From: an uncultured archaeon
GTDB lineage: Archaea > Asgardarchaeota > Lokiarchaeia > Sigyniarchaeales > SOKP01
DNA length: 64,000 bases
Direction: 5' to 3'
NCBI GenBank assembly: GCA_964632315.1
Contig: CAZWEM010000013.1
Span: 1 to 64,000, forward strand
The position numbers were made by a program, and so were the translations under genes. The notes under the pieces are model-generated. The model worked only from the letters and a program-made list of their open reading frames with translations, had not been told where the DNA came from and did no database searches. This document shows positions 1 to 8,014 of this stretch, one piece after another (position 1 is the stretch's first letter; each line of letters opens with the position of its first letter).

Positions 1-359
1 AAACAAAATTAATGGAATTTCTTAAAAATTCAATTTATTCAGTAGAAAAATTTCAAGGGTCTGATCGAGACTTAATTATTACTTCCATTGGATTATCTGA
101 CAAAGAAAAAATTAGTTCAGAAGAAGAATTTATTTATGATCTTAATCGCTTTAATGTACTCACATCTCGAGCAAAACATAAAGTGATATTCATTAGTAGT
201 GCAGAATTTTTAAGGTACATACCCGAAGATAGAAAAGTATTGGAGAATTCCTCCAAAATATATCTTTATGTGAAAGAATTTTGTAATGAAAAACTTAATC
301 TTAGATTGAAGAATGAATTTAATAAGGATGAAATTGTGGAATTTAGGTATAAAAAATGA
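1..359 (+). CDS. Superfamily 1 (Dna2/Upf1/NAM7-like) helicase, C-terminal AAA_12 domain; 5' truncated by the window edge
   Basis: Motifs V and VI are present: SVEKFQGSDRDLII and RFNVLTSRAKHKVI. The frame is open back to the window start. The stop overlaps the mre11 ATG (ATGA at 356-359). Confidence 0.8.
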   Translation, partial: TKLMEFLKNSIYSVEKFQGSDRDLIITSIGLSDKEKISSEEEFIYDLNRFNVLTSRAKHKVIFISSAEFLRYIPEDRKVLENSSKIYLYVKEFCNEKLNLRLKNEFNKDEIVEFRYKK

Positions 360-1930
360 ATTCTCTTAAGTTTATGCATATTGCGGATTTGCATCTGGGA
401 AAAAGGCAATATAATATTCCCCAAAGATATTATGACTATTTCCGAGCATTTAAAACAGTTTTAAATAAAGCAATTGATCAAGCAGTTGATTTTATTCTCA
501 TTAGTGGTGATATGATCGATAGTGATGAGCGTGTAAGTCCCACGGTTCTAAGAGAGATCATTTTATCCATTAAAGCCTTCCAAGTTCAATCTCAAAGTAA
601 ATTAGAAAGAGAAATTCCTCTGATTTGCATTGAAGGAAATCATGAAAATCCTTTTTTTACAGATCATACATGGTTAAGATTATTAGCAGATTTGGGTTTA
701 ATTATTCTCTTATCAGGGACCTATGATAACAAGAATAATTCTATCACTTTTGAAGAGTATGATTCCCATACTCACATCGGAGGCAAAATCAGAATTGATA
801 AAACTGTGATTTATGGATTGAGTTATTTTGGTAGTAGTACTTCTGAACTATTCCCATTATTATCCAATGCAATAGGAAAAAGCGAGAAGGAATTTTCTAT
901 TCTAATGATGCATTTTGGGATTAATGAGTACGATGAGAGAAAGACCGGAATTGAATTTTCACCTAAATTGCAGGAGCTCAATAAAATGGTAGATTATTTG
1001 GCTTTAGGACATTTTCACAATCAATATACTATTCCAGAGAAGAATCCATGGGTTTTCAATCCAGGTAGTTTAGAAGTCAATGATATAGTTGAGACCAAAA
1101 CAGATAGAGGAGCTTTTTTAGTGGAAGTATTCGAGAATAAAAAGGTAGAAGTAAGAAAACTATTATGTGAAAATGGAAATTCTTCCGATACCTTCTCAAT
1201 TCCCAATCGAAGGTTTTTTGTACCTAATCCAATAAATATTAGTGGAAAAAATACATTTGCAGAAGCTCAAGAATTTGTTCTTGACTATTTACAAAAGTAT
1301 GGCATACCTCTCAAATCTGATAAAAATCTTGACAGATCCAATTTAGATCTTCCCGTGATTTACATTATTATAAGAGGCATAATTGGATATTCTCAATTAG
1401 AAGTAGATTTATTAAACTTAAAGCAAAAAATTCGTGAAAAGTTTGATATTTTAGGTTTAAGAATGAGTAACAAATTAATTTCGACAATGGAATCTGATAT
1501 TGACTTAGATGATGATTTAAATATTGATCAGATTGAAAAACAAGTATTCTTAGGTACAATCGAGTCTGAAAATCATTTTGAACCATTCAAAGATAAAATA
1601 TTCAGTATCTTTTCAGATCTTAAGAATCAATTTGATACTAAAAATCCACGTTATAAAAAGGTAGCATCCTTAATTGAATCTTGGTTTAACTCTGATAAAG
1701 ATCTCTTTAACCAGTTTTTTCAAGATTTAGATCAAGAGAGAATGGTTAAAAAGAAAGTAAAACCACATAGTAAAAAGTCAAAAAAAACAATTCAGAAAAA
1801 GAAACAATTAGGTACTGAAGATGAGGCTGAACTTGATTTTAGTGAAATTGATTATAGTGATTTATTGGATGATGAAACCAATATTGATGATCTAATCGAT
1901 GATGGAGATTTAGATGATGAGGAGATTTAA
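356..1930 (+). CDS. mre11: Mre11/SbcD DNA double-strand-break repair nuclease
   Basis: Metallophosphoesterase motifs HIADLHLG, SGDMID, EGNHE, MMH, LGHFH, NPGSLE; directly upstream of rad50. Confidence 0.93.
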   Translation: MNSLKFMHIADLHLGKRQYNIPQRYYDYFRAFKTVLNKAIDQAVDFILISGDMIDSDERVSPTVLREIILSIKAFQVQSQSKLEREIPLICIEGNHENPFFTDHTWLRLLADLGLIILLSGTYDNKNNSITFEEYDSHTHIGGKIRIDKTVIYGLSYFGSSTSELFPLLSNAIGKSEKEFSILMMHFGINEYDERKTGIEFSPKLQELNKMVDYLALGHFHNQYTIPEKNPWVFNPGSLEVNDIVETKTDRGAFLVEVFENKKVEVRKLLCENGNSSDTFSIPNRRFFVPNPINISGKNTFAEAQEFVLDYLQKYGIPLKSDKNLDRSNLDLPVIYIIIRGIIGYSQLEVDLLNLKQKIREKFDILGLRMSNKLISTMESDIDLDDDLNIDQIEKQVFLGTIESENHFEPFKDKIFSIFSDLKNQFDTKNPRYKKVASLIESWFNSDKDLFNQFFQDLDQERMVKKKVKPHSKKSKKTIQKKKQLGTEDEAELDFSEIDYSDLLDDETNIDDLIDDGDLDDEEI

Positions 1931-1935
1931 CAAAA

Positions 1936-4647
1936 ATGATTCTTAAAAAAATTGAAATAGAAAACGTTAAAACCCATAAGAAAACTACTATTCCTTTTCA
2001 AAAAGGATTAAATGTTTTCTATGGAGAGAATGGAACTGGCAAATCTACAATTTTAGAGATGATTGGTTTCGTCATATTTGATTATCTTCCTGCTAGAAAG
2101 CATGATGTTTATATAAGAGAGGTTCATGGCGATAAACCAGAATTTGGAATTATCAAACTTTGGATTATCGGTTATAATAATGAACCCTATATTATTGAAC
2201 GCACTATTGGGAAACCTAATGTTATAATATATAATGCGCTAACTAATAAGGAGTTAAAGCAGATAAGTGATATCACGAAGTTCAAAAAATGGATTCGAGC
2301 GCAATTAGGAGTTACGGATAATATTGCATTAGATAAATTATTTAAAACATCTATTGGAATTCCACAGGGGACATTTATCAATCCTTTTCGAAGAGCGCCA
2401 TCAGAGCGAAAAAAGTATTTCGATCCTATTTTAAACTTGAATATCTATGAAAATATGTTTTTAAAATTAAAACAGACAATAAATAAGGTATATTTTCCGC
2501 AATTAAAAGAAATAGAAAATAGAATAAGCGAAAAATCTGGTGAAATTAAAAATAAGGCTGAGGTTTTGGAAAAAAAAAATGACCTTGCCAATGATGTTAA
2601 TGATTTAAATAAGGAATTGGACAAAATTAAAATAATTCACGAAGATCTGAAATTAAAACTTGATAAACTGAACGAATTAAAAGAAAACCTAAGATCAACT
2701 ATCGAAGAATTTGAAAAAGTTAGTCTTCAAAAAAAAAATATAAGCGATTCAATTACTGGACTTCAATTAGAACTTGATGATGCTAAAAAAGCTAATAATC
2801 AGTGCAAAAAATCTAAGTCGAATTCAAATAAATACTCGCAATTATTAAATGAACAGGGTAATCTTCAAATTAAATTGGCTAATTTGCAGTCAGAACAGAA
2901 AAAGTTGGGAGATCTTACTCAAAATTGTGTAAGATTAAATGTCCAAAGAGATATAATTTATAATAATATGAGGGAAGCAGAACAAGCAGAAATTCGTGCA
3001 AAAGAATTAGAAACATATGTTGATAAATATAATCGATTGGACGAAGATTTTAAAAGTAAAGAGGAAAAAACCAATATACTTACAAACCTCGAGCAAAGTC
3101 TGAACGATAAATTAAAACAACTTAATGATAAATCCAATGAAATTGAAAGAATTCAAGAAAAGTTGACAGAATTACCTAAATTAAAAAAAAAACATGAAGG
3201 TTTGATTCTTCTTGAAGAAGAAAAAACAAGACTAGAATTATCAGTTGTAAAATTAAATTCTGAAATAAATAGATTAATTCAAGATCAAGAAACTTTGGAA
3301 AAAGGAATTTGTCCAATCTTTGAACAAAAATGTCTTAATTTAAAGGAGAAAATAGCAAGTATCGATGGATTGATTAAAAAAGTAAAGGATCAAAAAAAAC
3401 TCTTAAAAGATAGTGAAAAAAATCTTGCTTCTATAAAAGAACAGTTGAAAATCAAGGAAGATCTATCAGGCAAAATCCAAAAATTACATGATTTGGAAAT
3501 TAGTTTAAATGAACATCAAAAATTTCTTTCCTCATTACAAAAAGAATATGATAAAGAAAAAGCCAAAACTGAAAATTTAATGCCATTAATAGAACAGAAA
3601 AAGGTGATACGTCAAGAGATTAATAGATTAGAACCCTATATTGAAGAATATAGAAAGAACAATGATAAAGCTGAGAATCTTGATTCTAATAAGGTTGAAC
3701 TAAAGGCTATCGAAAATAACTTGCAAGAAGCCGAAAAAAAGAAGCAAGAACAAGAAAATATTGTTAAGAAGTTAGAACCTATTCCAGAGAAGTTAAAAAA
3801 GATTCGGTTAGAAATGAAACCTTTAAAAGAGGATTATGAATCTTATCAATCGAACAAACTACTTGCGCAAACTTTACCTAAAAAGGAAGAAGAGGTAAAT
3901 AAAGCAACAAACAGATTAAAAAGGTTGGAAAATGAGCTAGAAATTTCTAAAAGGAAACTTGACAATTTTGCTAAGGATTATGATGAAAAGACTCATTCTA
4001 AAACTGAAACCGAGGTAAAGGAAATTGAAACTACAATTACAACACTTAAAACTAAAATAGATGCAAAAAAAGAAAGACTCAAGGATATAACAGCGGATTT
4101 AAGTAAGATAACTCAATTAGAAAAAGAGCTAGAGAATTTTAATCAAGAAAAGGATAAAATTGAAGTTCAATTGTTATTTATCAAAAAATTACGCATTTGG
4201 CTTCGCGAATTCGTTCCAAAAATGAGAAAAGCTTTAATTCATCAAATAAATATTGCTGCTTCGGATATTTATAGGAATCTTCGGGAAGAAGATGATGCAA
4301 TGCTTTTATGGCAAGAGGATTATGACATCATCATATCTAATTCGAAAAGCACAAAAAGCTTCTTCCGTCTTTCTGGCGGAGAGAAAATGTCGGCAGCGCT
4401 AGCGATTAGATTAGCCATCCTTAAAGTACTTACTAAAGCAAATTTTGCATTTTTTGATGAACCTACTACAAATCTTGATGAAGGAACTCGTAGGAACTTG
4501 AGTAAGTATATTTATAATATTAAGGGTTTTGACCAATTATTTGTGATTTCTCATGATGATTCATTTAAAAGACATAGTGAATATATCGTTAAGTTTACGA
4601 AGGACGAAAATGAGATTACCCATGTAGAGTATCTTACAAATAACTAA
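1936..4647 (+). CDS. rad50: Rad50/SbcC SMC-like ATPase
   Basis: Walker A GENGTGKST, Q-loop IPQG, long coiled coil, signature LSGGE, Walker B FFDEPT, H-loop ISH; central CPIFEQKC hook. Confidence 0.93.
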   Translation: MILKKIEIENVKTHKKTTIPFQKGLNVFYGENGTGKSTILEMIGFVIFDYLPARKHDVYIREVHGDKPEFGIIKLWIIGYNNEPYIIERTIGKPNVIIYNALTNKELKQISDITKFKKWIRAQLGVTDNIALDKLFKTSIGIPQGTFINPFRRAPSERKKYFDPILNLNIYENMFLKLKQTINKVYFPQLKEIENRISEKSGEIKNKAEVLEKKNDLANDVNDLNKELDKIKIIHEDLKLKLDKLNELKENLRSTIEEFEKVSLQKKNISDSITGLQLELDDAKKANNQCKKSKSNSNKYSQLLNEQGNLQIKLANLQSEQKKLGDLTQNCVRLNVQRDIIYNNMREAEQAEIRAKELETYVDKYNRLDEDFKSKEEKTNILTNLEQSLNDKLKQLNDKSNEIERIQEKLTELPKLKKKHEGLILLEEEKTRLELSVVKLNSEINRLIQDQETLEKGICPIFEQKCLNLKEKIASIDGLIKKVKDQKKLLKDSEKNLASIKEQLKIKEDLSGKIQKLHDLEISLNEHQKFLSSLQKEYDKEKAKTENLMPLIEQKKVIRQEINRLEPYIEEYRKNNDKAENLDSNKVELKAIENNLQEAEKKKQEQENIVKKLEPIPEKLKKIRLEMKPLKEDYESYQSNKLLAQTLPKKEEEVNKATNRLKRLENELEISKRKLDNFAKDYDEKTHSKTETEVKEIETTITTLKTKIDAKKERLKDITADLSKITQLEKELENFNQEKDKIEVQLLFIKKLRIWLREFVPKMRKALIHQINIAASDIYRNLREEDDAMLLWQEDYDIIISNSKSTKSFFRLSGGEKMSAALAIRLAILKVLTKANFAFFDEPTTNLDEGTRRNLSKYIYNIKGFDQLFVISHDDSFKRHSEYIVKFTKDENEITHVEYLTNN

Positions 4648-4708
4648 AACAAAAAAATCTAAATAGATACATTTTAATATTCCAAACACTCGCTGTCACA
4701 TAGATAGA

Positions 4709-5245
4709 ATGCAAGACATATTGCCAGGTCTAATAGTGGGCTCTATTTTAGTTATAATTATTTTAATTATTATTAAAATTGTTCAAAAGGCTTTTTATAA
4801 TAGAAGTAAAAAAGATCATCCTGATTCAAAAAGGATTAGGCGATTCAAATGTTTAGATGGCCATATTGTTAAATCGAAAGGAGAATTGATAATAGATAAC
4901 TATTTGACTATTTTAGGAATAGATCACTTGTATGAAAAAACAATTCAAATCAATGGTAATAATGTAAAATATGATTGGTATTTACCTGAAAATGATATTT
5001 ATATAGAATATTGGGGCTATACAGGTCAAAAATATAACAAACGAAAAAAGGAAAAACTAAAATTATACAAAGGAGCAAATAAAAAATTAATATCTATAGA
5101 AAATGTGATGTTTGATGATATCTACTCGAATATGGACAAAATGTTAAAAAAATTCTTTAAACCAACGGATTCAAAGAAAATAATCATTCCGAAATATTGT
5201 AATTATTGTGGAATGGAATTAGATAATAGGTATCAATTATTTTAA
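4709..5245 (+). CDS. Membrane-anchored putative PD-(D/E)xK nuclease-like protein with C-terminal Zn-knuckle
   Basis: N-terminal hydrophobic helix; GHIVKSKGELIIDNYL...YDWYL...IYIEYWG motif (HelD C-terminal-like nuclease fold); CNYCG at the C-terminus. Confidence 0.6.
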   Translation: MQDILPGLIVGSILVIIILIIIKIVQKAFYNRSKKDHPDSKRIRRFKCLDGHIVKSKGELIIDNYLTILGIDHLYEKTIQINGNNVKYDWYLPENDIYIEYWGYTGQKYNKRKKEKLKLYKGANKKLISIENVMFDDIYSNMDKMLKKFFKPTDSKKIIIPKYCNYCGMELDNRYQLF

Positions 5246-6439
5246 AAAATTTTCAATAAGATCGTAAACTTTTTCAAGAGTTTCCAGATTAGGCAAAAAG
5301 GTTAATCGCATGTGATCTTCTCCAAATTTCCCAAAACCGGAACCATAAACTGCACAAACCCCCGTTTTTTTCAGCATGTCTATTACGAATTCTTTATCAT
5401 TCCCCCATCTATTAAACTCTCTTAAATCTATTTTTGGAAAAAGATAAAATGCACCGCTTGGATTTACGCAGCTAATTCCTTCAATTTGTCTTAGTCGTTT
5501 GTATGAAAAATCTCTTCTTTCTCTTAATTTTTTAACTAATTCCTTAGTATGGTCACTTTTCTTCTTATAAACTTCGATAGCTGCATATTGGGCTACGCAA
5601 CTTGCACATAATCTTGCTCTAGCTAATTTAGCAATACCTTCCCTTAAATCATTTAACTTATTTTCTGGATCATGATAATAAAGATAACCTAATCTCCATC
5701 CAGTAATAAGATGTGCCTTCGAAAAACCATTCATGCCGATTATTGGTACGTCCTTACTTAGAGATGCTGGTGAAACATATTCCCTTTCATAAGTAATGTG
5801 TTCATAAATTTCATCAGACAATACTGGAAGATTATACTCTCCAGCAATATCAATTATTTCTTTCACCTTTTTTTCACTAAATAAACCACCAGTTGGGTTA
5901 TTTGGGGAACAAATTAAAATACCTTTAGTTTTTTTACTAATTTTTTTTCTTAGATCTTCCGTATTTGGATTCCAATCATCTTCTTCGTCTAATTCATATT
6001 CTACAGGAATTCCATCATAGAATCGTGTATTGTTAATATATAGAGGATATGTTGGTCCGGGAATTAGAAATTCATCCCCTTTTTCAATTAGCGCTGCAAG
6101 AATAAAATAAATTGCTTCAGTAACTCCAGTAGTTATTACAATGTCTTCTAATTTTAACTTTAAATTATGACGTAAATTTAGATCTTTACTAATTTCCTCT
6201 CTTAATTCGGGAACTCCAATAGAGTCAGCATAAAAGTTTTTCCCATCTAAACTAGCCTTTGCTAAAGCTTCAGAAATAAAAGTTGGTGTTTTAAAGTCAT
6301 ATATGACGGGATCTCCAATATTTAAGTTATATACTGTTTTTCCTTGTTTCTTAACTTCATTTGCGATAACAGCAATATCTCTAATAGCATATTCAATGTC
6401 ATTTACTCTTCTTGATACCATAATTAATCGCTTAATCAA
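5237..6439 (-). CDS. PLP-dependent aminotransferase class I/II (alanine aminotransferase-like); probable start ATG 6421
   Basis: LNIGDP, SPNNPTG, SDEIY, GFSK (PLP lysine), TGWRLG motifs. Confidence 0.9.
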   Translation of the reverse strand: MIKRLIMVSRRVNDIEYAIRDIAVIANEVKKQGKTVYNLNIGDPVIYDFKTPTFISEALAKASLDGKNFYADSIGVPELREEISKDLNLRHNLKLKLEDIVITTGVTEAIYFILAALIEKGDEFLIPGPTYPLYINNTRFYDGIPVEYELDEEDDWNPNTEDLRKKISKKTKGILICSPNNPTGGLFSEKKVKEIIDIAGEYNLPVLSDEIYEHITYEREYVSPASLSKDVPIIGMNGFSKAHLITGWRLGYLYYHDPENKLNDLREGIAKLARARLCASCVAQYAAIEVYKKKSDHTKELVKKLRERRDFSYKRLRQIEGISCVNPSGAFYLFPKIDLREFNRWGNDKEFVIDMLKKTGVCAVYGSGFGKFGEDHMRLTFLPNLETLEKVYDLIENFLK

Positions 6440-6537
6440 AGTTGATGAATAATATTATAATCTAATATTGAATAATTTTATCAAAAATGAATTTTCTTAT
6501 AATACAAACTTCCTATATTTTGTGTAAAATGAGAGAT

Positions 6538-6903
6538 TTAAAATTGAAATTCGTTATTTCTAAGTTTTGAAACTAAATGACCCCTAGAAAGCAATTGTAT
6601 CCCGAATTGACTGGAATAATCTCTGGAAAAGTCAGTTGCAATATTGCACACCATAATCCCACCATCAAGATGTACATCCCTACAAGCTTTATGTAACTGT
6701 CTCAGTTGAGTAATGGAGATCTCTCTTTTCCAGTCTCTTACAAATACCCCGAATCTTCCATATTTGTTGCTGTTAACGAATGCATTGAAGGTCCAAGTTT
6801 TACCACTATTTCCTCTTATTTTTTTTGGCCCTCTCTCAAATTCATACTTATCAGAAAGTACTTTTTCTGCTAAATCTACCAATGGGGTCTCTGAAATATC
6901 CAT
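6538..6903 (-). CDS. Mrr-like restriction endonuclease-fold protein with degenerate catalytic motif
   Basis: IRGNSGKTWTFN...VFVRDWKREISITQL...GIMV...GIQLL follows the Mrr_cat layout, but the D and E-x-K residues are replaced. Confidence 0.55.
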   Translation of the reverse strand: MDISETPLVDLAEKVLSDKYEFERGPKKIRGNSGKTWTFNAFVNSNKYGRFGVFVRDWKREISITQLRQLHKACRDVHLDGGIMVCNIATDFSRDYSSQFGIQLLSRGHLVSKLRNNEFQF

Positions 6904-7089
6904 CTAATCACAATTTTTTTATTTAAATATAGTTTACTTCTACTATTTAAATGTTATTTGTATTATTAAAAAAATCAATCTTAAAAATATATAATACGTA
7001 GATAATATGCAAAATTATACATTCTAAATATGACATTATTGATTTAAATTACCGACAGATTCCACTTTTAAAGGTATAATATGAACTCA

Positions 7090-7890
7090 TTAGAAAGAAT
7101 GGTTTAATAACTTATAAAGTGGAATAGATCCATCATAATCTAATTCTTCTTGCATTAATATGTGATTGATGGTATTAATAAGAATATCAACCAACTTATT
7201 AGCAATCATATCGCAAATTTCTTCACATTCAAGAAATGCCTCTGGTAAGTAATTACAATCCTCCCTATATCTCAGGCAAAATTTTTTCATTTGGAGAGAC
7301 AATCCTTCTGCTGATAAGATTTCAAGGTGACTCCATCCATCTTGGAATCCCCCAATTCTACTTGGAGCCCACTCTTTAATGCGAGAGATCAAATCTTGTC
7401 GGTTTCTCGAAATTCTAGTTCTAATACTTTTAATTTCTTTTTTTGCTTCTAGTTTACATAAAAAAATATAATATTCCAACAGCTTTTCAGCTTTTAATGT
7501 TTTTTCAAGAGACTTAATTGACCATCCCGATAATCTCTTGCATCGAATCTCTTCCTCCTCATTCCTAAAGTTAGTCGGATAGATCCAACATTGCGGAGGT
7601 TTCATGCCTGAAGAGTGTACCTTACATCCATTAATACTTTTATCATAAAGAAAGCATTTACCTGTTTTATCATCAAATCTAAGATGAAAACTAAACAAAT
7701 TACTTCTTATAAAATCTGCTTCAGTAGCATAAGATCTTTTTATATATTCCCTGGCTAATATTTTTGGTACATCTATCCTAATTGAGCAGCAATCTCCTTT
7801 ACATAAAGACGTGCAATCAGGGCCTTCTATTCCTTCCTTCATTAATTGATTAAAATTTTTAATAGTAGACCAAAAATCTAAGCTTTTCAA
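7090..7890 (-). CDS. YkgJ-family (CxxCxxCC) Fe-S/Zn cysteine-cluster protein
   Basis: CTSLCKGDCC, KCFLYD, GCKVH, KPPQCWIYP. Confidence 0.7.
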   Translation of the reverse strand: MKSLDFWSTIKNFNQLMKEGIEGPDCTSLCKGDCCSIRIDVPKILAREYIKRSYATEADFIRSNLFSFHLRFDDKTGKCFLYDKSINGCKVHSSGMKPPQCWIYPTNFRNEEEEIRCKRLSGWSIKSLEKTLKAEKLLEYYIFLCKLEAKKEIKSIRTRISRNRQDLISRIKEWAPSRIGGFQDGWSHLEILSAEGLSLQMKKFCLRYREDCNYLPEAFLECEEICDMIANKLVDILINTINHILMQEELDYDGSIPLYKLLNHSF

Positions 7891-8014
7891 GTTATGAATA
7901 TTATCCCTAAATAGTATAAAAATATGGTGAACTCTAAAAATTTAAAAACACACAGTATATTATTTATTCAATCTTTTTTTGTAAGCAAAAAATTAAAAAT
8001 TTAAGGTATAACTC

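Noticed and set aside
2500-4200. Low-complexity A-rich repetitive-looking DNA
   Set aside because: Explained by Lys/Glu-rich coiled-coil coding in rad50.
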